DNA of 64,000 bases from Octopus sinensis (GCF_006345805.1 NC_043003.1:8370001-8434000), one strand, 5' to 3'. Positions 1-11,844 are shown, counted from the first letter of the stretch. The notes: generated by a model not told the origin, from the sequence alone. Translations and numbers: made by a program.

Positions 1-1165
1 CTACAACATGTTGAGATCTGTCTGTCAGGAAACACTTGATCCATTTCAGTAACTTTCCAGAGACACAACGTTGGATAGTTTTTTCATAGGATCTTGTGAT
101 CGACCCTGTCGAAGGCCTTACTGAAATCAAGGTAGATGACATCGGTGTTGGAGCCCTCTCCCAAAATCTCTCAAAATGTCCTCAAAGTGATGCAGGAGCT
201 GCGTTAGGCAGTCCCTTCCATTACGGAACCCATGTTGGTTGGAGATCAGCCGTCTGTTGCTTTCCAGAAATTGGGTTATTCGGGATCTCACCACCCTCTC
301 AAAACCTTGATGATATGAGAGGTGAGTGAGATCGGACGGTAATTCACTGCAAGGGACTTGTTTCCCTTTTTGAAAACTGGGACAACAGACTGGGACAGAA
401 GGTTTTTTGGAATATAGCCAGCATCCAGTGAGTTTCTCCACCACTATTAGCAAGGGGAGATGCAAGTTGGTGTCGACACACCTTCAGGACACAAGCAGGG
501 AACCTATCGGGGCCTACTGCTGAATTGTGTATTTTTCGTTTATCGCCGCTAAGACATCAGGGGCACTAAACGTTATGTCCGATATAGTGTGTTGGGGGTT
601 GACATCACTGATACAGCCCAGATCGGTCAATATCAGGATTGCTGAAAACAGAGCAGTATTGTTTCTGCAGTATCTCGGCCATGGATTTGGCATTATCTTG
701 GAGAGTGCCAGTTTCGTCAATTAGAGGGCCTACAGTAGAGACAGTGACCCTGCGTTTCCTCGCAAATGAAAAGAACACTTTGGGGTTGAGTTTGATTTTT
801 TCAATGGCCCACTTCTCCTCAGCTGATCTTTGGTTATTGATGAGGGTCTTCATGCATTGTTGGAGGTTATATTTTTTAGATTCAAGCAGTGCGATAGCCG
901 TCGAATGTGTGTGTTGCTGTTGGCAGTACTTTAGTTTGTTAATTTTTTTGTTTGTTCTTTTTATTTTTCTGATAATGGTTTTTCTGTTTTGGGGGATTCT
1001 GCACTTTTTGTTCATAGGTCTTGGTGGGGAGTGTTTTGCACATATGTCTGTGACGGTGTCTACAAAGATCTGCCAAGATGTTTTATGGTTGGTGGAGATG
1101 TGTGTATGTGTAAAGGACCAGTCAACATGTGATAGCTCGTTCCTGATTGCATCCCAGTTGGCATA
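1..1165 (-). mobile_element. 5'-truncated, frameshifted non-LTR retrotransposon (CR1/Jockey-group LINE) ORF2 remnant; runs off left edge
   Basis: Minus-strand peptides ANWDAIRNELSHVDWS...FFSFARKRR..VGPL...AEILQKQYCSVFS (APE-RT linker), LISNQHGFRNGRDCLTQLLHHF and DVIYLDFSKAFDRVDH (RT motifs); frameshifts between ORF pieces. Confidence 0.85.
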
Positions 1166-1369
1166 ATATATATTACTCATTTTAAATATTTATGTAATTA
1201 GATATAGACTAATATTGATATTAGAATATTGGTTTTCTACCTTATAAATTAAAGTTAATATTTAACATTATAGTCGATTTCGATATAATCATATTTAATA
1301 ATAGAGTTTATTATTAGTAAAATTATTATATTATATATATTATTTATATCTTTAAAATATTGATTATAT

Positions 1370-1566
1370 TTTAGATATTTAAACCACCTGATGAATGACT
1401 GCGACTCAAAAATTTGAAGACAGCAGGCATGAAACGATCGTAGTATGATATTAATTATATTTTTTAATAATTTTGTTATATATTTAAATAATATAAATTA
1501 ATCATATGTATTGGCTTAAGTTTTTCATTGTTTGATTTGCCTAATAGTGGTTTTGTTTCTAATTTA

Positions 1567-1604
<38 letters not shown>

Positions 1605-1787
1605 CAAAATAAGCAACAAGGGTATCCATAGGTAATGCAGTACGATCGTTTCATGCGACTCTGGATATCTTTGTTGCTTATTTCGATTGTAATCACCCAA
1701 TTTTGAATTATATGGATAATACCATACTAAATTCTGGTGCCTTTAACTTAAGTACCATATTTAACTGAATCTAAATTTTACTGAACT

Positions 1788-1790
<3 letters not shown>
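1370..1790 (+). mobile_element. Penelope-type pLTR/retrozyme-like fragment with HHR, followed by an inverted partial copy
   Basis: HHR at 1384-1444; 1601-1660 and 1661-1790 are mutually inverted pieces; related sequence at 14045-14190 and 62556-62713. Confidence 0.55.
1384..1444 (+). ncRNA. Type I hammerhead ribozyme motif
   Basis: CTGATGA 1388-1394; stem II ATG/CAT + CTGC/GCAG; GAAA 1431-1434; palindromic stem III ACGATCGT; GUA site (cleavage after 1442); short stem I. Confidence 0.7.
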
Positions 1791-1823
<33 letters not shown>

Positions 1824-1862
1824 GTCTGTGTGTCTGTGTAATGTAAATATGTATAATATAAT

Positions 1863-2126
1863 CTCGTCGTGGCACTCCGTCTGACCAACGGAACAGCTTG
1901 CTCGTGAAATTAACGTGCAAGTGGCTGAGCAATCCACAGACACACGTACCCCTAACGTAGTTCTCGGGAGAGATTCAGCGCGACACAGAGTGTGACAAGG
2001 CTGACCCTTTGAAATACAGGTACAACAGAAACATTAAACACTCGCAACGCCCGGTCTGGGAATCGACACTGCGATCCTACGACCTCCAGTCCGCTGCCCT
2101 AACTACTGGGCCATTGCGCCTCCACA
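1863..2126 (-). mobile_element. tRNA-derived SINE family A, internally deleted
   Basis: Head GGAGGCGCAATGGCCCAGTAGTTAGGGCAGCGG..TCGATTCCCAGACCGGGCG and body match the full copy at 61438-61815. Confidence 0.85.
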
Positions 2127-2174
2127 ATATAATAGAATATAATAAAAGAACGCGCAGCTTAAGACATTAAATCA

Positions 2175-2208
<34 letters not shown>

Positions 2209-2485
2209 CAGACATCAAGTAGAATCTGCTGCAAGATGAAAGTTGACAGTGATCTCTCATAGACATCCAAGAAGTTCATACTGTACTGTCGTTCTATGAG
2301 GCCAGAATTTGAGTTGTTCTGCTTTTTTGGTTTAACCTAGCTACGTAAGTACAATTGTCGAAATCACTAATCAATATCTCGCAGCAAAGGGAGTGGAAAA
2401 TGCAGGTAGGTCTTTGACAGCTTTTTCTGGAATAAGAGTTTAATAAAAGCATTTAAAAGCATTGACCTATTATATATATATTTAT

Positions 2486-2725
2486 ATACATCAAGATAGC
2501 TATGGTCGGTCTATGGGGATACCATGAGTTTCACGTACATATAGCGCCTAGCTTTACGGTGTTTCTTCAGAACTTGAGCCTATGGCCTCTCTAGAAAATG
2601 GCCTCTATTTTCTCGAGAAGCCACCTACTAAAGAAGCCATAGGCATAAGGTCTGATGAAACACTGTAAATCTTTATGGACTTAAAACCCTGGGTAACCCC
2701 ATAGACCGGCCATGTCTATCTGTAT
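2486..2725. repeat. ~240-bp imperfect inverted repeat (MITE-like)
   Basis: GATAGCTATGGTCGGTCTATGGGGATACC pairs with GGTAACCCCATAGACCGGCCATGTCTATC; inner TTTACGGTGTTTCTTCAGAACTTGAGCCTATGGC pairs with GCCATAGGCATAAGGTCTGATGAAACACTGTAAA. Confidence 0.75.
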
Positions 2726-2837
2726 CTAAATACTCTACTGCTCTATAACTTTGAGTGTGATTCTTTTTTCGGATTTATGATTTACTGATGATATATATAT
2801 ATATATATCTATATTATATATATATATATATATATAA

Positions 2838-3066
2838 AGGGCGGCGAACTAGCACAATCATTAGCATACCGGGCAAAATGCTTAGCGGTATTTCGCCCGT
2901 CGCTACTTTCTAAGTTCAAATTCCGCCAAAGTCGACTTTAAACTTTCATCCTTTCGGGGTCTATTAAATAAGTACCAGTTACGCACTTAATGTAATCGAC
3001 TTAATCCCGTTGTCTGTCCTTGTTTGTCTCCCTCTATGTTTAACCCCCAGTGGGCAATAAAGAAAT
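2838..3066 (+). mobile_element. SINE family B
   Basis: GGCGGCGAACTAGC head, AGTTCAAATTCC B-box-like motif, GTCGACTTT..CATCCTTTCGGGGTC..AAGTACCAG central segment (resembles Meta-type SINE domain), 3' end TAAAGAAAT. Confidence 0.85.
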
Positions 3067-4422
3067 ATATATATATATACATTCGTTGATACATACACGC
3101 ACACATGCATATGCACACACATACATGCATACATACATACATGGATACATACATACATACACACACACATGCATACATACATACATACATACATACATAC
3201 ATGCATACATACGTGTGAACGGAAGATGTATTAACCATATTGACTCAAATATTTGACTTGTATTTTATCAACAGTGGCAAAATAAAAAAAAAGCAAGTCG
3301 ACTTGAGTGGGATTTGAACCCCAGGACATATAAAAGTGCAGAACTAAATCTGACAAGGCATTCGTCCGGAGCTCTACCAGTTCCGCCTCTCGAATCTCCG
3401 AACTGAAATCAAACCAAAAATCTGGCTCAGCAAGTGTTGATGTTCGATTGTATATGGAAGCATAGAAAGCGGTATCATGTTGCGCGTTGAACATATTTAA
3501 AAAAATCTCTTTTCACCAGACACAGCGTGAAAACTAAAAGATTGACGATATCAAAGAATATTTATGTTTAAAACAAAGTCTGTTGGAGTCTATCTGTCTG
3601 AATGGTATTGTAGTCGTGGTCGTACCACCACCTGTTACAATACACTGTAAAATATAGATAAATACAATATGTAGCGTATCTATTTTTCTATAGAAATTTG
3701 CTGAGGAAAAAAAAACGAACTGTTCTGCGCATTATAAATATTTAGATAACATTTATAGATAGACACACATCTATTAGAATGTACACAAACATTGTGTACA
3801 CACAATTACACAGGGAAAACAATTCTTTTCTATTCACATATGATTATTATTGATATAGCCGTGTTACATTATATTCTTTTGGAAACCGATTTATCAATAT
3901 ACGGAGGCAAATCGTGATAATTTAAATTGACAGAAAATCTCAAATTTAGAAGGCATTACATTCAACTGGTAAATGAATCGGTCGGCAAACACGAATACAT
4001 TTTTGGGCACTTTAGAGTGGATAATACTTACCACAAAATAAAGGAATCAAATAATAGTTTCAGAAAGTATTTCTCCTTTAAGGTACCTGCCTGATATTTG
4101 AAACGATAGGTAGGGAGTTAATATATTCTCTGTAGAATTTACGTTCTTCTTTATGCTGTAGCCACTGGTTTCTCGTATTTTGAAAAGAAAAATAACGTCT
4201 ATACTCTTGAGTAGTGTATTAGTTAGTCGCTTATGGAATACCTCTCACCAGCTCTGGGATCCAAAGTGAGCGTAGTGTCGTGTGACTAAGTCCAGAGACT
4301 TGGAATAATGTGAGAACACAGAGGATAACATGAGTTTTTTGAGTAAAATTAATGGCAAAGATAGCTAAATAGATAGATATAGCGCGACGAATAAGAAGAT
4401 AAGAAAATTATTTGCAAGGATA

Positions 4423-4556
4423 ATGCAGTTCTGTATGCCCACGAGCATGTGGAGAAGTGGTTAAGGGCGCGGACAACTAACCCCAAGATTCCGAGTTCGA
4501 TTCCAGACAGTGACCTGAATAATAACAACAACAACAATAACAACAACAACAATAAA

Positions 4557-4614
<58 letters not shown>

Positions 4615-4650
4615 GTAGTAATAATAATAATAATAATAATAATAATAGTA

Positions 4651-4714
<64 letters not shown>

Positions 4715-4927
4715 TAATAATAATAATAATAACATCGAAAAATACCTTAGGAATGAGAACCCAGATTCGAAATTTCCCCAAGACACCTGATGAAAACTGG
4801 AGGTTATATCAGCCGAAACGTTGTGTTAACAATAAATAAGATGAGGACAAATATCTGACAAATGTAAATAATGTAAATAATTTAAATGATGTACATAATT
4901 CCTCATCTCTTAAATATAGAACTGCAT
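4423..4927 (+). mobile_element. tRNA-headed, (AAT)n-containing, HHR-bearing non-autonomous element
   Basis: tRNA-like head 4437-4515 (TGG..AGTGGTTAAG, GAGTTCGATTCC), (AAC/AAT)n 4520-4732, conserved body with HHR, end TCTCTTAAATATAGAACTG; further copies at 42847-43095 and 53427-53957. Confidence 0.75.
4782..4827 (+). ncRNA. Minimal type I hammerhead ribozyme motif (stem II partly mutated)
   Basis: GACAC-CTGATGA-A-AACTG.loop.CAGCC-GAAA-CGT-T-GTGTT; stem I GACAC/GTGTT; sibling copies have GGCTG/CAGCC. Confidence 0.65.
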
Positions 4928-5086
4928 GTCCTTTAATTGCATCAACATTTCATACATTTATTTGTAAAGTTAAAGAAGTTATTAAAAATCAAAACCCATG
5001 AATGACTTTTGGGACACGCTGTACATGACATTCAGATTTTGAGGGAAAAGAATTAACAAAACAAGGGGAAAAGTGAAAAGAAAAGA

Positions 5087-6410
5087 AACGAGGTCATTAC
5101 ATGGTTCAAAACCAATAGCCGTAGGGGTAGAGCAAAGTCTGCCCAAATTGATATAATGTATTTCTACCTACCTACATCAAGGGAGCTCCTGTTAAAAGCA
5201 CTGGACTTCGCTAGGCCCTACACTGAAATCAGAGACGAGAACATATGCACACCAGAAGAACACTGCTCTTCAGTATAGGATTGGCATGGCCCAAATGAAC
5301 TGACCCAGAAGGTAATGGGTTCTTTCGACAGTGCTGACGTGTGTGACCTCCCGGTCTCTTCATCCTAGATGTACTAAAAAACAAATTCCCTTCAACCAGT
5401 TTTGCCCTCTACAGGGATGACGTGCTAGCAGTATCAAGTGGGGGGGGGCTAGTGGCCACATGCAGGATAGTCCCAGAAAGGACCTTACAGCTGCCATGCT
5501 GACGGTCACAATAATAACCAATCTGAAAACGGTAGATTCCCTTGATGTGACTCTGGACTTGAAATCTGGTGCCTGTAGGCCATTTAGGAAACCAATCGAG
5601 AGGCTATCATACATTAACACAGGTTCCTGCCATCCAGCCAAAGTGTTCAGGAACATGGTAAAGGCTGTCAGCAGGAGAATCTCCAGCTTATCTTCAAGCA
5701 GAGATCTTTGATGTTTCCACTCCTTACTGCAATCGGGCTCAAGCGGTTTCAAGGATAGTATTAGTTACATGCCAGACCCTAGTGCCACCGGAAAGTATTG
5801 TGATTCATACCGCCTTTCTCTTTAAATGTTAAGACCTCCCGTAGAATACTTGATAAACATTTCCCCCGCACAAGTAGATTTGAGCCAATTATTTAATAGA
5901 CATACCCCGAGAATCTCCTTTAGTTGTGCGCCTAGTATAAAAAAGATTTTAGCAGGTAGAACCAAACTCGAGACAGAGGCAGGATCCTCATGCAGGAGTA
6001 ACGCAACATGTCCACTGAACGGTCACTGTAACACGGAGACAGTTGTATACGAAGCTGAGGCACAAGCCATAGGACACAGTGGTCAACCGAACGTGTAGAA
6101 GTATTTGGGAGCAACGGAAGCTCCTTTCAAAACCCGCTTTAATAACCACAAGTCCTCCTTCAACATCTCGGGGAGACGCAAAAGCACAACCCTGGTACGT
6201 TTGATATTTAAAAGAAATCGTCACAGACTACAACACAAAGTGGAAGATCCTGGAGAAAGGTAAACAGTACTTCAATAGCAGCAGGACGTGCTGGTTGTAC
6301 ATTGTTGAGAAGAGAGCGATTCTAAAGAGTTCCCAGGGCCCGAATATTTACGTGAATAGTAGACGTGTAGTGTTTAATATTTGCCCACATTAAAGGAAGT
6401 TCATCCTATC
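5087..6410 (+). pseudogene. Decayed Penelope RT + GIY-YIG endonuclease ORF
   Basis: QIDIMYFY..ELLLKALDFA; VDSLDVTLDLKSG..RPFRKP...YINTGSCHP...VSRRISSLSS; CPLNGHCNTETVVYEA..YLGATEAPFKTRFNNHKSSF; WKILEKG; stops and frameshifts. Confidence 0.85.
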
Positions 6411-6975
6411 ATACCTGCGCGTCCCACCATGACTACAACCACTAGTCATCCAACCTCGGCCTTCCACTAATAGCCTCGACCCCAGCAAAAGGTTTAGCTA
6501 GAGCATACACCAACGCACCCACAACATACACGTGCGCCCCAAGAAGGTGGACACCTACCGAATAGGCTGTCTATCATCACCCCCAACATATACCCCTACA
6601 CACACATTGTATTCCCTCTACACATACACAAATTATGTCCCTATATACACCGCACGCTAACATAAAGCCCCAATGACTTTGAACAATACAGAAAGAAAAC
6701 CGACTAACGGACACCATTGTTATTTATAACTATACATATGACACCACTACACATACCCCATCCCTGCAGGAGTACCAGACTGAATAACATACACATTTCC
6801 CACAAACACTTCAAGGGAACTCTTACCGGCTTTACAGCGAATCCAGCCAAGGAACATAACTCCTGACATAATCCCCTGGTCGCATTTCGTTGATTATCCT
6901 TTTCACAACAACCACAAACTGGATGTGTCCATTCACTTTCGACAATAGAGAGCAGTCACCAAATTCCTTTTGCTT

Positions 6976-7075
6976 ATCGGCAAACTCTGACGAGTGTAAG
7001 GTTATAAAATCAGACGGTTACCTAACACTCCGTTATATTCCCAGCACGAAACCAATTAGTAGGATCAGCCGTGAT
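6976..7075 (+). ncRNA. Type I hammerhead ribozyme motif in Penelope pLTR
   Basis: CTGACGA 6987-6993; stem II closed by GTG/CAC with internal hairpin; GAAA 7048-7051; near-palindromic ACCAATTAGT; GUA 7059-7061; stem I CT/GG plus CGGC/GCCG. Confidence 0.65.
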
Positions 7076-7109
7076 GGATATATAATACTATACATTTGGC
7101 TTATAATAT

Positions 7110-7140
<31 letters not shown>

Positions 7141-7144
<4 letters not shown>

Positions 7145-7815
7145 TATATTGAGGGTACTACTATTCGTAGATACCAACACGCTAAGAGGGACCAATGCGG
7201 TCAAAACTACTAAAAATCAACAAAATTTTACCGAATGCAAAACTTCAAAACACATCATTTTAAAAAAGAATTCAGTTACATATCACATGTGATTTCGCAT
7301 TTAATGCAGAATATGCATTTCATGTTCATCAGTGCAACAAACTCAAGAAATATAAGAGAAAACATAACATTACAAGCTCGATAGCCAACCGTAGAATTCG
7401 TCGTAGCATGTACGAATGTTTATCTTTACATATCTATGAAAATGGTGGGCTTATTCGCAATGTCTAGTCGGAATAGACAATTTGTTACCGAAATGCATTG
7501 CGAATAAGCCCGCCATTTTCATAGATATGTAAAGATAAACATTCGTACATGCTACGACGAATTCTACGGTTGGCTATCGAGCTTGTAATGTTGTTTTCTC
7601 TTATATTTCTTGAGTTTGTTGCACTGATGAACATGAAATGCATATTCTGCATTAAATGCGAAATCACATGTGATATGTAACTGAATTCTTTTTTAAAATG
7701 ATGTGTTTTGAAGTTTTGCATTCGGTAAAATTTTGTTGATTTTTAGTAGTTTTGACCGCATTGGTCCCTCTTAGCGTGTTGGTATCTACGAATAGTAGTA
7801 CCCTCAATATAATAT
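7141..7815. repeat. Near-perfect 675-bp palindrome (fold-back/MITE-like)
   Basis: Arms 7141-7462 and 7496-7815 are reverse complements; only one substitution and one 2-nt indel noticed; 33-nt spacer; arms begin GAGGGTACTACTATTCGTAG after AT-rich ends. Confidence 0.95.
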
Positions 7816-7916
7816 AAATGAATATTTTCAAAGAGGAAGAATTTACGGATTTTTTCTCTTACGAGGTTTTCACGCTGACTACTGATAATTTCTTTTAAAG
7901 ATTTTATCCTCAATTG

Positions 7917-7955
<39 letters not shown>

Positions 7956-8182
7956 TAGATATTAATAAAAGGAATTCCAACCTTGTCTGATTTTCAAGTT
8001 TTATTTACAATCTTATAATGATATATTATAAGATAATATAATATAATAGAATAAAATAAAATAAAATAGTAGAATGTTAAATGTTCATTCTGATTGAACT
8101 AGTACTTTCATGCATTAAATTCTGCAATCTTCAGGTTCATGTAGTAGTGGTGACAGTCATGCTTCACAATTTTTGACTATAT

Positions 8183-8227
<45 letters not shown>

Positions 8228-9184
8228 AACTTAATATATAAATTGCTTATTTCCACGTTGACTGCCTGATAATTATCATTAACGTGATTTTTTATCCCTA
8301 CTTTATGAATATATATTTACACACACATATATTCCTTGAAGTTCGTATCCTGTCGTGTTCAGCCGTAATTCTTCTGGGATCGATAAATAAAGTACCATTC
8401 TAGTAAAGGAAGTTGATTCTTCTCTTTCCCTTATATTTTCTTTCTGTCTGTCTCTTCTGAAAAAGACCCACTGTGGTCCCATCCAGCGAGCTAAGAGCAC
8501 CGGCAGTTTTCAATTGCCGAAGATGTCCCTGCCCAGTATGCCCCGATGGTGTTTCTACCACTCCATTAAAGAGTTAAAGCTCCATAACACTTACAATATT
8601 CGTTACAATCCTCCTCTGGAACTGATAACAGAAACACCAATAAATACGTTATTGGCTTCCACCACTGATAATATTTCCATCGCCAGTTTGAACTTTGGCA
8701 AGGTGTAAATAACATTTGGTCCAATATCTGTAAAGTTTTAGCAACATAACAGAAAAACGAAGCTAATTATGATGTGAAACCAGCACGATATTATGATACC
8801 ATATTTTCTCTACCATAGTACAAGCCTTATTAGAGTTGGCTGTAATCATAGTTATTATTCTCACTATTGGCCATTAATATAAGGAAAAACTTACACCAGA
8901 TATAAAAGTTACTTTATTCGCAAACACGGCTCTGCTGAGTAAATTGCCAACAGAAATAATTTAAATCTATTTATAGTTAGTGATTGAGAGAAGTGCCAAG
9001 AGGTCTGGCCTCGGAGTTTTAGGTCATTATCGTGGACTTATGTTTGTTTGTTAGCTGTATACGATGAATATATACATTATTAACAAGAAACAAAAGGAGA
9101 GAAAACTAAGAAAGCAATAAACTAGAATTAGTCGACATATTCCTGCCATGGGTGAGTGTTATATTGATTAGTGGAATACCTAAC

Positions 9185-9831
9185 AAACACACACACACAC
9201 ACATGAACACACGCACACATGAATACAGACACATATATTTCAACATACATGCAGACATAAATACATACATGCATACATCATACACACACGCATACACATG
9301 AAGACAGACGCATATATTTCAACATACATTCACACATAAATACATACATGCATACATCATACACACACACACACATGAACACGGACTTATATTTCAACAT
9401 ACATGCACACATAAATACATACATGCATATATCATACACACATACACATGAACACAGACACATGTATTTCAACATAAACGCACTCATAAATACACACATG
9501 CATACATCATATACACACACATACACATGAACACAGAAACATCTATTTCAACATACACGCATTCATAAATATATACATGCATGCATCATATACACACACG
9601 TACACATGAACACAGACCCGCAGGCATAAATGCATACATGCATACATTATACACACACACACATACACATGAACAGACACACACTCACACACAAATATAT
9701 ATATATATATGAATATATATATATATGTGTGTGTGTGTGTCTGTGTCTCTGTATGTGCATGTGTATGCATGTATGTATTTATGTATGTATGTATGTATGT
9801 ATGTATGTATGTATGTATGTATGTATGTATG

Positions 9832-9900
<69 letters not shown>
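9185..9900. repeat. ~60-65 bp minisatellite built from CA/TA motifs, then (TG)/(TATG)n/(TA)n
   Basis: Recurring unit CATGAACACAGACACATATATTTCAACATACATGCACACATAAATACATACATGCATACATCATACACAC about 7 times. Confidence 0.9.
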
Positions 9901-9901
<1 letters not shown>

Positions 9902-10739
9902 AGGCATTCTGAATTAGAAATACAGTTCTGAATGAAATTTGTTACAGATGCAGTTAGTTGCATTAGCACCTACACAGACCAAATCAAATACATAGAATTA
10001 TTTATACATACACACATACACACACATACACATACATACACACAATGGTTCACCACATACACACACACTCATAGCACAGTTCACACATACACATACTAAT
10101 ACTATACAACCAATCATACCGTTACGAAACCCACAACGAGTTCTGCGGGACAGCATACGTTGTTGTGTACGCATCCGTAAGTGTGAAATTTGGCGAAAGT
10201 GTATAGACGTTTGTGGTTTTGTGTGTGCTTGAGAAACTGGTAATAAGAGTCGCATTACATAGACATTATTACCAGTTTTACACCTTGGAACACAAGCGTG
10301 AAACGAAACGACTTCCAAGTCTCATTTTAATATCACTTTCTGTTCGGCTGTAGCTCTTCCAATGGCATTTCATAGAATTCTGACAAATTGGAGTGGACAA
10401 TCCACAGCATGTTCTTCTCGCGGTTCAAACCACCTACCCCGTCACCACTACACACACACACACGCGCTCAAACATACATATAGATCCAGCCATGGCAGAA
10501 TGTTTAAGATATTGACTTCGCAGCTAATACATCTCGAGTTCGCTTCCACTGCGGGGGCATCTTGCATAAGTCTCTTCTGATATATCGACTAACGAATGAT
10601 TAATGAGTAAAACTGGTTGATGGAAAGCATGTGGAGGACAAATGATTTTTTATGAATATGCGTGTGTGTGTGTGTGTTGTGTGTGTGTGTGTGTGTGCAT
10701 GTGTGTGTGTGTGTTGTTGTTGTTGTTGCTTGCGTTGGT

Positions 10740-10975
10740 CTCTATATTCTTTTATCTTTTACTTGTTTCAGTCATTGAATGGCGGCCATGCTAGGACAGC
10801 TCCTTGAAAGGTTTTGTAGAACAATTCGACACCACTACTTATTGCATTTAAATGCTGGTACTTATACCGTCGGTCAGTTTTGACGAACCGCTATGTCACG
10901 GGGACGTTAACAAGCAAACATACCCCAGTTGTCAGACGGTAAGAGGGGATAATCACAAGCACAAATGCATACAGA
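10740..10975 (-). mobile_element. SINE family C, 3' half
   Basis: TTTCAGTCATT..GCGGCCATGCT..CCGAACCGCTA motifs shared with full copies. Confidence 0.75.
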
Positions 10976-11058
10976 CACACATATATATGTGTGCATATCT
11001 ATCAAGATATATATGTATACATACATACATACATACTTATACGCACACACACAAAAGC

Positions 11059-11104
<46 letters not shown>

Positions 11105-11105
<1 letters not shown>

Positions 11106-11291
11106 CATAGGCACAAGGGTGGGTGATAAGTAGCTTGTTTCCCAACCACATCATTCTGGGTTCAGTCTTACTGCGTGGCACCTTGGACAAGTGTCTTCTA
11201 CTATAGCCTCGGGCCGACCAAAGCCTTGTGAGTGCATTTGTTAGACGGAAACTGAAAGAAACCTATGGTATATATATATGTATGTATATAT

Positions 11292-11334
<43 letters not shown>

Positions 11335-11572
11335 TATGTATATGTGTGTGTGTGTGTGTGTTTGTGTGTCTGTGTTTGAACCAAACAACATCGCTTGACA
11401 ACCGATGCTGGTGTATTTACGCCCCAGTAACTTAACGGTTCGGCAATAAGAGACCGATAGAATAAGTACTAGGCCTACGCAGAATAAGTCCTGGGGTCGA
11501 TTTGTTCGACTAAAGGCTGCGCTCCAGCATGGGCGCTGTCAAATGACTGAAAGAAATAAAAGAATAAAAGAA
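11105..11572 (+). mobile_element. SINE family C, full length, with internal microsatellite
   Basis: Head with GGGTTCAG B-box, CORE-like TGGCACCTTGGACAAGTGTCTTCT, internal (TA)/(TG)n, 3' half ending GACTGAAAGAAATAAAAGA. Confidence 0.9.
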
Positions 11573-11589
11573 CACACAGATATATAAAT

Positions 11590-11760
11590 ACATATAAGGG
11601 CTTCTTTCAGTTTCCGTCTGCCAAATCCATTGGCAAAGATTTGGCTGGGTCGAGGCTATTGTAGAAAGAGGACATCTACGGAAGGTGCCCAATGGCGGGA
11701 AAGAACCCGACACCATATGGTTAGGAAGCAACTACTTCTTATCACAGAGCCACTCCTGCA
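11590..11760 (-). mobile_element. SINE family C, 5' half
   Basis: GCTTCTTTCAGTTTCCGTCT..ACAGAGCCACTCCTGCA matches reverse complement of family C head. Confidence 0.75.
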
Positions 11761-11844
11761 GCTTTATAGAGAAATTCTTTATTTTCCATTCCGAAAATAT
11801 ATATAACAACATTTAATAACTGATTTTAATTTGTTTTCCTTCAG

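Larger units (their letters stand above)
5087..7095 (+). mobile_element. Penelope-like retroelement, 5'-truncated, with 3' pLTR
   Basis: RT and GIY-YIG remnants, C/A-rich 3' region, HHR near 3' end, ends at a (TA)n tract. Confidence 0.9.

Noticed and set aside
2653-2675. CTGATGA inside the 2486-2725 inverted repeat
   Set aside because: No stem II or properly placed GAAA/NUH; it is simply part of the repeat arm
9185-9700. Regularly spaced repeats superficially like a CRISPR array
   Set aside because: No unique spacers, low-complexity unit, eukaryotic context, no cas genes
3530-10440. Minus-strand exon-like pieces at ~3530-3647, ~8595-8728 and ~10340-10430
   Set aside because: Frames ambiguous, acceptors weak or early stops, no recognisable product; not supportable without transcripts
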